Below are positions 10,906 through 20,478 of a stretch of DNA of 32,838 nucleotides, piece after piece. Below the pieces are notes generated by a model. That model saw only the letters and a program-made list of their open reading frames with translations, searched no databases and had not been told where the DNA came from. Where the stretch lies: the NCBI GenBank assembly GCA_963845515.1, contig CAWJSR010000036.1:1-32838 (forward strand), read 5' to 3'. Made by a program: the position numbers and the translations under genes. This stretch comes from an uncultured delta proteobacterium. GTDB taxonomy: Bacteria > Myxococcota > Myxococcia > Myxococcales > Anaeromyxobacteraceae. Each line of letters opens with the position of its first letter. The stretch's first letter is position 1.

Positions 10906-11682
10906 TCAGCCTTCCGCGAAAGGATCCCGATAGGAGCCGAGGCGCTGCTGGGCCAGGCGCCAGAGGACCGGCGGTTGGTGGAGCAGGTAGCGCCGCCAGC
11001 GCGCGCGTGGCTCCCGGAGCAGGCGGTAGAGCCACTCGAGGCCGGCGTCGGTGAGCCACGACGGCGGGCGCGGCAAGGCGCCAGCCTCGTAGTCGATGGT
11101 CCCGCCCAGAGGCAGGAAGGTCCGCACGTGGGGGAGCCGCTCGCGGTACCTGACGACGAACTTCTCCTGCCGGCCCGCGCCGAGGCCGACGAGGAGGACC
11201 GTTGCCCGGGACGCGTTGATCTCCGCGATCATCCGCTCGGTCTCGCCGGGCCGTCGATCGAAGTCGAAGGGAGGCGAGTGCGCGCCGACGACCATGTCCC
11301 GCCCAACCCTCGCGTTGATCCTGCGCGCGGCGAGCTCGGCCACGCCCGCCTGACCGCCGCAGATGAAGACGGTCACTCGGGGATCGCTGGCGTGCCGTTC
11401 GTAGAAGCGCGGAAAGAAGTCCGAGCCGGAGACCCGCTCGCGGAGCGGGGTCCCGAGCAGCCGCGACGCCGCGAACAGGATCTGGGAGTCGCAGGTGACG
11501 ACGTCGAAGCTAGGGAGCAGCTCGTAGAACTCCCGGTCGGCCTGCAGCTTCATGATCATGTCGACATGGAGTGTGAGGAGCATCCCCTCCCGGAACGACT
11601 CCACCAGCTCGTCCATCGTGACGTCGTCGACCTCGACGTTGAGGAGCCTCACCCGACGGCGCGCTAGGGTGCCTGGCGGCAT
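10906..11682 (-). CDS. WecB/TagA/CpsF family glycosyltransferase (GT26)
   Basis: Contains LRERVSGSDF, VVGAHSPPF, LLVGLGAGRQEKF, LGGTIDYEAG and GLEWLYRLLREPRARWRRY. The start is placed at MPPG. Confidence 0.93.
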   Translation of the reverse strand: MPPGTLARRRVRLLNVEVDDVTMDELVESFREGMLLTLHVDMIMKLQADREFYELLPSFDVVTCDSQILFAASRLLGTPLRERVSGSDFFPRFYERHASDPRVTVFICGGQAGVAELAARRINARVGRDMVVGAHSPPFDFDRRPGETERMIAEINASRATVLLVGLGAGRQEKFVVRYRERLPHVRTFLPLGGTIDYEAGALPRPPSWLTDAGLEWLYRLLREPRARWRRYLLHQPPVLWRLAQQRLGSYRDPFAEG

Positions 11683-11684
11683 CT

Positions 11685-12590
11685 TCACACCGCCGTCGCG
11701 GGAGCCTGGCGCCGCACCGGGTCGCGCCCCCCCCAGGCAGACGCGACTAGCTCCCTGGTGTGTCGGATGTTCTCGGCAGAGGACGCGCCGAACACGATCG
11801 AGTGCACCCCTTCGAGGCCGCAGACCCACTCGATCGCCTCACGGGGAGGGATGGCACCGGACGCGAAGACGGACATCGCGATGGCTCGGCAGCGCCCCGA
11901 GGCGAGCGCGCTGCGGTAGGCGTCGATCCCACCGCACATCCTGAAGCCGAGCTTGTTGACGCTCGCGCAGATGATCGGGTTGCGCACGCCGACCCGCTCC
12001 AGGGCTTCGAGGAGCGCGGGCAGGTTCATCGTTATGAACCCCGCCTCCGCCCCGTACCGGCTGGCGGCGTAGGCGTGAAACTCGGCGAAGACGTCGTAGA
12101 GCCTCATCCCGAGCAGGAGATCCGTCACGACGTTCTGGAGGAAGAGGACCGGCGTGTTCAGCCCGTGGAAGCGCTTCATCTCCGCGTCGACGAGGAGCTT
12201 CATGAGGCGATACACGTCGCGAGTCGCCGTTCCCAGCGCGCCGAGGTAGAGCGTGCTGAGGAGGCTGCGGCTCGCGAAGCGCCTCAGCGTCTCGACGATC
12301 CCGAGCTGGCCCAGGGCGTTTGCGTACTTGTGCGCGTACGGCATGCACGGCAAGTAGACGAAGTCCGCATACCGGTCCGGGTGGGCCCGCATGTGATCGC
12401 AGATCTCGCCGATGCGATCGTGGGTCGTGCACATGAACGAACGGATCCCCATGCCGTGAGCGAGGTCCAGGACGTCGATCACCGCCGACGTGTCCCGGAA
12501 GCGGGCCAGCTGCTGGCGCGCCTTCTCCTCGGACATGTGGTTCACGCCGAAGAACTGGTTGTCGCCGAAGAGCAGTGGATCAAGCGTCAC
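11685..12590 (-). CDS. Conserved hypothetical protein, possibly aldo/keto-reductase-like TIM barrel
   Basis: Protein-like 301-aa ORF coupled to both neighbours. The segments LLFGDNQFFG, IAMSVFASG and SIVFGASSAENI resemble AKR-type elements. Confidence 0.75.
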   Translation of the reverse strand: MTLDPLLFGDNQFFGVNHMSEEKARQQLARFRDTSAVIDVLDLAHGMGIRSFMCTTHDRIGEICDHMRAHPDRYADFVYLPCMPYAHKYANALGQLGIVETLRRFASRSLLSTLYLGALGTATRDVYRLMKLLVDAEMKRFHGLNTPVLFLQNVVTDLLLGMRLYDVFAEFHAYAASRYGAEAGFITMNLPALLEALERVGVRNPIICASVNKLGFRMCGGIDAYRSALASGRCRAIAMSVFASGAIPPREAIEWVCGLEGVHSIVFGASSAENIRHTRELVASAWGGRDPVRRQAPATAV

Positions 12591-13623
12591 CGTGAGGCCC
12601 CCCTTCCCCTTGCGAGCGGCTGGCCTGCGCGACGAGCGCGAGGATCCTGTCGACGTCGCACGCGCTCGCGAAGGAGCTCGCGGTCGAGGGCGTCCCCTGC
12701 GCGATCGCCTCGATGAAGGCGTCGAGCTGGGCCGAGTACTCCTCCCCGCGTAGGTAGTAATCCACCGGCTCCTGCAGCTCGGTGATGTACCGCGCGCTCG
12801 CGCCTCGTGGGTACCGCTCGAACGGTCCGCCAGGCAGCTCGACCTTCAGCTCCTGGCGATCGACGTTCAGCCTCCCGCTCGTCCCCTCGATCGCGAGGGT
12901 GGTCGTCATCTTCCGGACGCGCGCGTCGCTCCAGTTGGCCTCGAGGGCCCCGGTCGCGCCAGCGGGGTAGTCAAAGGTGGCGTGAACGACGTCCTCGACG
13001 TCCGTGGAGAACACCGACTCGAGGGAGGCGCTCGTGACGCGGGTCGGCTGGCCCACCACGAACTTCATGAGGTCGATGACGTGACAGGCGTAATCGCTGA
13101 GGCAGCCGCCGCCCTCGGATCTGCGTGACCGCCAGGTGGTGGCCTGCGCCTCCACGACCGCCGGCCCGAAGGCGCTTCCGCGGACGTGGGTCACAGTGCC
13201 GAGGGCGCCGGCGTGCACCAGCCTGCGTGCTTCGCGAAAGGTGCCGATGAAGCGGTTGTGGAAGCCCACCTGGTTGACGCGTCGTCGCTCCTCGGTGAGG
13301 TCCGCGAGCGCGCGGCTCTCGAACGGCGAGAGGGTGAGCGGTTTCTCGACGAAGACGTGCAGTCCGCGCCGCAGCGCGAGCTCGGTGCACCGGTAGTGGG
13401 TCGCGGTGGGCGTGGCGACGATGATCGCGTCGAGCCCCGCGTCGTCGATCATCGCCTCGAAGTCCCGGTAGGTCGCCACGCGCGCGAACTTCTTCAGCAC
13501 GGAGAGCACGTAGCGCGACGTGTCGCAGACGGCGACGACCGTAGCCTTCGGATGCGCGTTCGCGATCGCGAAGTGCGAGAGCCCCATCTTCCCCGCGCCG
13601 ACGATACCGATGCGGATCGACAT
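12580..13623 (-). CDS. Gfo/Idh/MocA family oxidoreductase
   Basis: IGIVGAGKMG Rossmann motif, IIVATPTATH, HVFVEKP, VGFHNRF, GGGCLSDYACHVID. Confidence 0.95.
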   Translation of the reverse strand: MSIRIGIVGAGKMGLSHFAIANAHPKATVVAVCDTSRYVLSVLKKFARVATYRDFEAMIDDAGLDAIIVATPTATHYRCTELALRRGLHVFVEKPLTLSPFESRALADLTEERRRVNQVGFHNRFIGTFREARRLVHAGALGTVTHVRGSAFGPAVVEAQATTWRSRRSEGGGCLSDYACHVIDLMKFVVGQPTRVTSASLESVFSTDVEDVVHATFDYPAGATGALEANWSDARVRKMTTTLAIEGTSGRLNVDRQELKVELPGGPFERYPRGASARYITELQEPVDYYLRGEEYSAQLDAFIEAIAQGTPSTASSFASACDVDRILALVAQASRSQGEGGPHGDA

Positions 13624-13659
13624 TCTCCGTCCCCCCCTCCGTCGCGCTCCCGCGTCCGG

Positions 13660-14479
13660 TCACTGCCCCGTGAGGCTCCCGCTGTCGCCGCGTCCCTCGA
13701 TCACGTCGATGATCCGCCTCCCCACCAGCGGCGCCGCGAGGCTCGCCAGCGCGCCGTTCGGGTGCGAGTCGGTGGGGCTCGCCGCGTAGGCGGCCTGGAG
13801 ATAGAGCCCCCCGCCGGTCTCGCTCTCGCGGAAGTCCCAGACGAAGACGTTGTCGCCCGGCTCGTCCCAGGTGGACTTCACCCAGGCGAAGAAGTCGCGA
13901 GCACGCTGCGCCTGCGCCGCGTCAGTGGAGGCCTCCGTGAGCGCGGCGCCCGTCCACACGACGAAGCGCTTGCCCGGAAACTGCCGCATGCGGCCCCTCA
14001 ACGCCAGGTACTGCGCCCTGTAGTTCTCGAAGGTCTTGAGGTCGGAGGAGACGCTCGGCGTTCCCGTGTCGGGACCGATTGCACTAACGGAGAAGCAGTG
14101 CTTGAAGACGATGACGTCATTGGCCGCAGCGAGGTCGTCGAGGTTCTGCTCTCCCCTGTCACGGCGCGTCCCGGTGAAGCTCACCCACAGGTTCCAGTAG
14201 TCGTACGGGTAGTTCGCCCAGGGATAGCCGCCGGTCGTCGCCGGATATGACTGCTCGGTGATCTGGTAGCGAGTTCCGTGCGCGGCGTTCCAGCCCTGTA
14301 TGAAGGCTCTGGACGCCCCCGCTCCATACCACGCCGCCGGTGCTGTGATGCAGGAAGACGATGCGGACTTCTCCGGTCATCGGGGTTCCCGGGACTGGAG
14401 CGCCGGCGGGGCTGGCCCCGCAGGAGGCTGCGAACAGCAGGACAGCGAGTCCGAGCTCGAAGATCGCGCGAACGGCCAT
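13660..14479 (-). CDS. Putative lipoprotein, SGNH-like; one frameshift near 14308
   Basis: The signal MAVRAIFELGLAVLLFAASC and IVFLHHSTG lie in one frame. After a 1-nt shift the gene reads AFIQGWNAAHGTRYQITEQSYP...NYPYDYWNLWV into ORF 13660-14184, which contains FKHCF and TDSHPN. Confidence 0.72.
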
Positions 14480-14579
14480 GTGTGCTGCCCCCAGAAGCCG
14501 ACTGAACACCCCGCTTCGACGCCGACCAAGCACAGCACAAACCCACTGGGCGCGGAAGTGCCCATACCGGTCAATGCGA

Positions 14580-15410
14580 TCAATAAGCAGGGGATTGCGC
14601 GGGAATCCCGGCCAGCAGCGCGATCAGCGCGCGCGCCGCACGCCGGCTTCCCTGAGGGTTCAGGTGGCCGCCATCGTTGGTGTAGTCGCTGGCCAGAATG
14701 GGTATCTGGCGGCCTCTCCATTCCAGGGTGACCTCGCGCCCATCGAGCCCGGTGGACTCGATCGCCGCGAGGTCGAAGACGGGCTCCTTGCCCTCGTACG
14801 CGGCCCGTAGGAGCGCGTTGTACTCGGCGCGACGGGCGTTCTCCTCGATCCCGTATGGGGTCCTGCCAAGCAGGCGCTTGATGAGGGCCCTGGGCCCCCC
14901 CTGGATCGTGGTCAGCGGAACGGTGACGTGGACGAAGGTCGTGCGCGCGCTCACCCGGCGAAGGTCGGCGATCGTCGCCTGATAGCGGGAGAAGAGCGCG
15001 CGCACGTCCGTGGAAGCCTCGAAGTCCGCGTAGCAGAACTTGAGCAGCGCCAGCTCGGCTCCCAGTGCCGGGCCCGCTCGAAACATCTTCGCGAAGCTCT
15101 CCAGCTTCAGCTCGGGCCGGCCGTTCTCGGCGACGAAGCCGTGCAGGAGGGCGCCGTCGACCGGGCCGTCGGCCGCCGTCACCTCGACGATCCGGAGCGG
15201 CATGCCCGACTCGGTCGCGAGCGAGCGCATCCCATCGAGCACGTTCATGCCGACCGACTGGTGGCCGACGAAGACGCGCCGCCGGGAGAGGGCGGCCAGG
15301 CCGGCGCGAAGCCTGGCCTCGTCGGACGCGACGGCCGCCGGCTGGCCCCCGAGGGCGGCAGCGGTCATGAACCAGATCGTCGCTCGTGCGATTACGCTCG
15401 TTCCCTGCAT
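14580..15410 (-). CDS. Secreted SGNH-like hydrolase/acyltransferase-fold protein
   Basis: Signal-like N-terminus, VFVGHQSVG, LKFCYAD and a C-terminal DGGHLN (DxxH). GGAGG lies upstream of the start. Confidence 0.72.
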   Translation of the reverse strand: MQGTSVIARATIWFMTAAALGGQPAAVASDEARLRAGLAALSRRRVFVGHQSVGMNVLDGMRSLATESGMPLRIVEVTAADGPVDGALLHGFVAENGRPELKLESFAKMFRAGPALGAELALLKFCYADFEASTDVRALFSRYQATIADLRRVSARTTFVHVTVPLTTIQGGPRALIKRLLGRTPYGIEENARRAEYNALLRAAYEGKEPVFDLAAIESTGLDGREVTLEWRGRQIPILASDYTNDGGHLNPQGSRRAARALIALLAGIPAQSPAY

Positions 15411-15477
15411 GGCGCCTGCCTCCGCTGCTCGCCGGGCCGGTCAGGCCGCGCGGCGTCCCGTCGTCTGGCTGCTGGAC

Positions 15478-17061
15478 CTATCCACTCCCTCGCCGTGCGA
15501 TCAGCTCCCCCTTCAGCAGCTTCCCGGCGGCGTTCCTTGGAAGGGAGTCCACCCGCGTGAAGCTGACCGGGATCTCGTACGCCGGCAGGCTCTCCCTGCA
15601 ATGCCGCCGCAGGGCTTCGTCATCGGGCGCAGCGCTCGGCCGGCAGACGACGAACGCTGCCGGAACCTCGCCCATCAGGTCGTGAGGGATCCCGACGACG
15701 GCGGCCTCCGCGACCTCCGGATGGCGCGCGAGGACGTGCTCGATCTCGACCGGGCTCACGCGGTGCCCGCCGATCTTCATGATCTCCCTGGCGCGCCCCC
15801 GGTGGAAGAAGAACCCGTCGGCGTCGCGTCGCGCGAGGTCGCCCGTCCAGAGCCAGCCATCGCGCAGAATGGCGGCGGTCTCCTCTGGCTCGTCGAGGTA
15901 GCCCGGCGTGACGTTGGCGCCGCGCGCGACGAGCTGCCCGGTCTCGTCGGGCGGGAGCTCTCGCCCCAGCTCGTCCACCACGCGCAGCTCGACCCCGGGG
16001 ATCGGGATCCCGATGGAGCCCCGCTTCTCGTCGGCGCGCTCCGGCGGCAGGTACGAGAGCCGCGCGGTGGCCTCCGTCTGGCCGTACATCACGAAGAGCC
16101 TCGCCGGCCGGAACGCGCGCCGCACCCAGTCGATCGTGTCGGGCGCCATCGCGCCGCCGGCCTGCGTCAGGTACCGCAGACGCGGGAACGAGAAGTTGCA
16201 GACGTCCACCTGCCTGCGGATGAGCTCGTACGTGAGCGGCACGCCTGCGAAGCCGGTGCACCCCTCCGAGGCGAGCGACTCCAGCACGACCCGGGGGAAG
16301 GCGAAGCGGCCGTCGAGGAAGACGGAGCCGCCGGCGAAGAGGTGCGTCTGCAGGACGCTGCGGCCGTAGCAGTAGTGAAGGGGCAGGACGAGGAGCGCGC
16401 GATCCGAGGCGCCGAGCCCGAGGTACCCCACGATCGAGCGCGTGTTCGCGTCGACGTTGCTGAAGGTCTGCACCACGCCGCGCGGCACGCCGGTGCTGCC
16501 GGAGGTGAAGAGGACGAGCGAGGGATCGGACGGACCGATCGCCGGGGTGGAAAGCCGCGGTGCGGGTGGGAAGTCGGGCTCGAGGCGGCCGTCCAGGAGG
16601 AGGCGCGCCGCCGGGCGCGCGAGGTTCCCCGGGGCCTCCACGCGGGACGTGTCCGCCTGCACCATCCAGATCCGCTCTAGCGGTCGCTCCGCGGTGACCC
16701 TGGCCCAGGTGCGCTCGTCGCGCGACCAGACGAACGCGTGCCGGGCGCCGGCGCGGGCGACGACGCTCGAGAGCACCTCCGCGCTCCAGTCCCGGTTCAG
16801 CTCGACGGACGTGGCGCCCGCGGCGTTGACCGCGAGCCCGGCGACGACCGTCGCCGGCACGTTCGGCAGGGCGAGCAGGACCCGATCCCGGGGGCCGACG
16901 CCGCCGGCCGAAAGGTGACCGGCGAGCGCTCGAACGCGCGTCGCGAGCTCGCCGTACGTGAGGCGGAACCCGGGCGTCGCGACAGCGGGCGCATCGGGCC
17001 GTCGCGCGGCGTGCTCGAAGACCCAGTCATGTGGAAATGGTGAGTCCACGCATGCCCCCAT
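15478..17061 (-). CDS. AMP-dependent synthetase/acyl-CoA or acyl-ACP ligase (ANL family)
   Basis: Contains LFTSGSTGVPRG, MYGQTE, TGDL, GRAREIMKIGGHRVSPVEIE and LPRNAAGK. It occupies only the 3' third of the 1477-aa ORF; the start is at 17061 or 17049. Confidence 0.94.
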   Translation of the reverse strand: MGACVDSPFPHDWVFEHAARRPDAPAVATPGFRLTYGELATRVRALAGHLSAGGVGPRDRVLLALPNVPATVVAGLAVNAAGATSVELNRDWSAEVLSSVVARAGARHAFVWSRDERTWARVTAERPLERIWMVQADTSRVEAPGNLARPAARLLLDGRLEPDFPPAPRLSTPAIGPSDPSLVLFTSGSTGVPRGVVQTFSNVDANTRSIVGYLGLGASDRALLVLPLHYCYGRSVLQTHLFAGGSVFLDGRFAFPRVVLESLASEGCTGFAGVPLTYELIRRQVDVCNFSFPRLRYLTQAGGAMAPDTIDWVRRAFRPARLFVMYGQTEATARLSYLPPERADEKRGSIGIPIPGVELRVVDELGRELPPDETGQLVARGANVTPGYLDEPEETAAILRDGWLWTGDLARRDADGFFFHRGRAREIMKIGGHRVSPVEIEHVLARHPEVAEAAVVGIPHDLMGEVPAAFVVCRPSAAPDDEALRRHCRESLPAYEIPVSFTRVDSLPRNAAGKLLKGELIARRGSG

Positions 17062-17196
17062 CCGTGGCGCCTCACTGGGGTGGTTAGCACCGCCAGTAAC
17101 GCGACTGTATCGTGAACGCGGTCGTCGCACTTGCCTCCAGATCGTGGGACGGGCGCCGACACGAGGCAGTTGCCAGGTTGGCTGGTCGAGGGGGCC

Positions 17197-18171
17197 ATGT
17201 TCTCCACAGACGTTCTCGCGATCGATCCGGCTGCGGTCTCCGCGGAGGTGGAGCAGTCCATCCGCGATCAGGTGCTGGGGAAGCTGCGTCGGCGCGGCGC
17301 GATCGTCGGGATGTCGGGCGGAATCGACAGCTCCGTGGTGGCCACGCTCTGTGCGAAGGCCCTGGGGCCGAGCCGGGTCTTCGGTCTCCTCATGCCCGAG
17401 CGCGACTCGTCGGACGAGGCGCTCCGCCTTGGTCGGATGGTCGCAGACGACCTCGGGATCCCATACGGGGTGGAGAATATTTCCCCGGCTCTCATGGGGC
17501 TTGGCTGCTACGCGCGGCAGCTGGAGGCCATCCGCTCCGCGGTGCCGGAGTACGCCGAGAACTGGCGCTGCAAGCTCACGCTCCCCTCGCTGCTCGATGG
17601 GGAGCGACTCAACGTCACGATGCTCACCGTCGCCGACCCCGACGGGCGGGAGCGTACGACCCGCATGTCCGCGGCGAGCTACCTCCAGCTGGTCGCGGCC
17701 ACCAACTTCAAGCAGCGCGTGCGGAAGACGGTGGAGTACTACCACGCGGATCGGCTGGGCTACGCGGTCGCTGGCACGCCCAACCTCCTCGAGCACGACC
17801 AGGGCTTCTTCGTGAAGCAGGGCGACGGCGACGCGGACCTGAAGCCGATCGCGCACCTCTACAAGACGCAGGTCTACGCGCTGGCCGCCCACCTTGGCGT
17901 CCCCGACGAGATCCGCGGGCGGCCGCCCACCACCGACACCTTCTCGCTGGCGCAGACGCAGGAGGAGTTCTACTTCGCGCTGCCCTACCACCAGATGGAT
18001 CTCTGCCTCTGGGCGGTCAATCACGGCACGCCGGTCGAGGAGGTCGCGGCCGCGCTGGCGCTCACCCCAGGGCAGGTGCAGCGGGTCTACCGGGACATCG
18101 AGGCGAAGCGCCGGGCAGGCCGGTACCTCCACCAGGCACCGCTCCTCGTGGGCGATGGAGCGGGGGCCTAG
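17197..18171 (+). CDS. nadE: NH3-dependent NAD synthetase-like ATP pyrophosphatase (NadE paralog)
   Basis: PP-loop GMSGGIDSS, ATNFKQRVR, GFFVKQGDG and PIAHLYKTQVY, with no glutaminase domain. GAGGGG precedes the ATG at 17197. Confidence 0.9.
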   Translation: MFSTDVLAIDPAAVSAEVEQSIRDQVLGKLRRRGAIVGMSGGIDSSVVATLCAKALGPSRVFGLLMPERDSSDEALRLGRMVADDLGIPYGVENISPALMGLGCYARQLEAIRSAVPEYAENWRCKLTLPSLLDGERLNVTMLTVADPDGRERTTRMSAASYLQLVAATNFKQRVRKTVEYYHADRLGYAVAGTPNLLEHDQGFFVKQGDGDADLKPIAHLYKTQVYALAAHLGVPDEIRGRPPTTDTFSLAQTQEEFYFALPYHQMDLCLWAVNHGTPVEEVAAALALTPGQVQRVYRDIEAKRRAGRYLHQAPLLVGDGAGA

Positions 18172-20220
18172 ATGTGCGGGATCGCCGGCTCGCTCGCGCT
18201 CCGTGACGGGGTCCCGCCCCCGGCGAGGGAGGATCTCGTGGCGATGGTAGGGGCGCTGCGTCACCGCGGCCCGGACGAGTTCGGCCTCTATCGCGACCGC
18301 CACGTCGGGTTGGGCCACGCGCGGCTCTCGATCATCGATCTCGCCACGGGCCAGCAGCCGCTCTGCAACGAGGACGGCACGAAGTGGGTGGTCTTCAACG
18401 GTGAGATCTTCAACTACGTCGAGCTGCGTGACGAGCTGATCGCCCTGGGCCACCGCTTCCGCACGCGGAGCGACACCGAGGTCGTGGTGCACGCCTGGGA
18501 GGCGTTCGGGCCGCGCTGCTTCGAGCGCTTCAACGGGCAGTTCGCCGTGGCATTGTGGGATTCCGTCGCGGAGACGCTGGTCCTCGCCCGCGACCGGCTC
18601 GGCGTGCGTCCGCTCTACCTGAGCGAGCACGAGGGGCGGCTCTGGTTCGCGAGCGAGGTGAAGGCGATCTTCGCGGGCGCTCCCGGCATCGTCCGTGCCC
18701 TCGAGCCGGCCGGTCTCGCCGAGACCTTCACCTTCTGGACGCCGGTGGCCCCCCAGGGGGTCTTCAGCGGCGTGACCGAGCTGGAGCCCGGTCACGTCCG
18801 GACCCTCCGCGGAGGCGGAAGCAGCGACCGCGCCTTCTGGACGCCGCGCTACCCGCAGTCGCCGGAGCGGGGCGCGCCGGGCTCGCTGGACGAGGCCGTC
18901 GATCGGACGACGAGCGCGCTGGAGCTGGCGGTGCGCCTGCGGATGCTCCGGGCCGACGTGCCGGTGGGCAGCTACCTCTCGGGCGGGCTCGACAGCTCCC
19001 TGATCGCGGCGATGGGCCGGCGCGCGAAGGACGAACGCTTCCTCACCTTCTCGATCCGGTTCGAGGACGCCGAGTACGACGAGACGCACTTCCAGCGCCA
19101 GGTCGCGGCGCGCATCGGGAGCGAGCACCGGGACGTCGTCGTGCGGCCCAGCGACATCGCCGAGGTGTTCCCGGAGGTCGTGCGGCACGCCGAGCGACCG
19201 CTCCTCCGCACCGCCCCGGCGCCGCTCTTCCTGCTCTCCCGGCTGGTGCACGACGCCGGGATCAAGGTGGTCCTGACCGGCGAGGGGGCCGACGAGATGT
19301 TCGCCGGCTACGACGTCTTCCGGGAGGCCAAGGTCCGGAGGTTCTGGGCGCGCGTGCCGGGTTCGTCGCAGCGCCCGCGGCTCCTCGAGCGGCTCTACCC
19401 CTGGCTCGCCCGCTCGCCAGTGGCGGCGCAGGCGATGGCCCGCGAGTTCTTCGGCCGTGGGCTGGAGCGGCCGACCGAGCCCGGCTTCGGCCACATGCCG
19501 CGGTGGGTGGCGACCGCTGCGCTGCAGCGCCTCTTCTCGCCAGACCTGCGCCGCGAGGCGGCGAAGGTCGACCCGATCGCGCGCCTGCTCTCCTCGCTCC
19601 CCGCGGAGTTCGCGCGGTGGGCGCCGCTGGCACAGGACCAGTACCTCGAGGTCCGCACGCTGCTCTCCGGTTACCTGCTCTCCTCCCAGGGGGACCGGAT
19701 GCTCATGGCCCACTCGGTCGAGGGCCGGTTCCCGTTCCTGGACGTGGAGCTCGTCGAGCTCGCCAACGCGCTGCCCGCCGCGCTCAAGCTCCGCGGGCTC
19801 GACGAGAAGCACGTGCTCAAGCGCGTCGCGGACCGGTGGGTGCCACCGAGCGTGGTGCGCCGCAGCAAGCAGCCCTACCGCGCCCCCGACGCGCTCTGCT
19901 TCGCAGATCACGACGCGCCCGGGTGGGTGGGCGACCTGATGAGCGAGCAGACGGTGGCGGACGCTGGACTGTTCGACGCGCGCGCCGTGGCACGCCTCTG
20001 GAAGAAGTGCCGGGAGGTGCCTGCAGGGACGCAGCTCTCGAACTCGGACAACATGGCCGTCGTGGGAGTCCTCTCGACCGGGCTCCTGTACGACCAGTTC
20101 GTGCGGCGGCAGCCGACGAGAGAGTCTCCGGGCGAGTTTCGCACAGTGGTCGATCGGCTCACGCCGCGGGGGGCGGCGGGCGGCCAGATCGCGAGGCGTG
20201 GAGAGAGGTGTACGACATGA
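18172..20220 (+). CDS. asnB: Asparagine synthase (glutamine-hydrolysing)-like amidotransferase
   Basis: MCGIAG Ntn cysteine, HRGPD, FNGEIFN, RDRLGVRPLY, YLSGGLDSS, LTGEGADE, DRMLMAHSVEGRFPFLD. Confidence 0.96.
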   Translation: MCGIAGSLALRDGVPPPAREDLVAMVGALRHRGPDEFGLYRDRHVGLGHARLSIIDLATGQQPLCNEDGTKWVVFNGEIFNYVELRDELIALGHRFRTRSDTEVVVHAWEAFGPRCFERFNGQFAVALWDSVAETLVLARDRLGVRPLYLSEHEGRLWFASEVKAIFAGAPGIVRALEPAGLAETFTFWTPVAPQGVFSGVTELEPGHVRTLRGGGSSDRAFWTPRYPQSPERGAPGSLDEAVDRTTSALELAVRLRMLRADVPVGSYLSGGLDSSLIAAMGRRAKDERFLTFSIRFEDAEYDETHFQRQVAARIGSEHRDVVVRPSDIAEVFPEVVRHAERPLLRTAPAPLFLLSRLVHDAGIKVVLTGEGADEMFAGYDVFREAKVRRFWARVPGSSQRPRLLERLYPWLARSPVAAQAMAREFFGRGLERPTEPGFGHMPRWVATAALQRLFSPDLRREAAKVDPIARLLSSLPAEFARWAPLAQDQYLEVRTLLSGYLLSSQGDRMLMAHSVEGRFPFLDVELVELANALPAALKLRGLDEKHVLKRVADRWVPPSVVRRSKQPYRAPDALCFADHDAPGWVGDLMSEQTVADAGLFDARAVARLWKKCREVPAGTQLSNSDNMAVVGVLSTGLLYDQFVRRQPTRESPGEFRTVVDRLTPRGAAGGQIARRGERCTT

Positions 20221-20477
20221 CCGTCCAGGAGCGCGTTCGGCAGTTCATCATCGAGAACTTCTACGTGGCCGACGCCTCGGAGCTCGGAGGCGCCAGCTCG
20301 CTCATCCAGGGAGGCTGGGTCGACTCGACGGGCATGCTGGAGCTCATCGCCTTTCTCGAGGTGGAGTTCGGACTACGGATCAGCGACGCCGAGATGATCC
20401 CGGACAACCTGGACTCGATCGATCGCATCGCGGCCTTCGTCGCGCGGAAGGGCGAGCGCGTGTCGGCGTCGGCCTGA
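20217..20477 (+). CDS. Acyl carrier protein (86 aa)
   Basis: ATGA overlap with asnB. Reads MTVQERVRQFIIENF...GWVDSTGMLELIAFLEVEFGLRISDAEMIPDNLDSIDRIAAFV: acidic, with a DS phosphopantetheine site. It is the tail of the longer ORF 18555-20477. Confidence 0.93.
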   Translation: MTVQERVRQFIIENFYVADASELGGASSLIQGGWVDSTGMLELIAFLEVEFGLRISDAEMIPDNLDSIDRIAAFVARKGERVSASA

Positions 20478-20478
20478 G

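Noticed and set aside
15478..19911. 1477-aa ORF as a giant NRPS-like protein
   Set aside because: The first ~950 codons are the antisense shadow of nadE/asnB; only 15478-17061 has ANL motifs.
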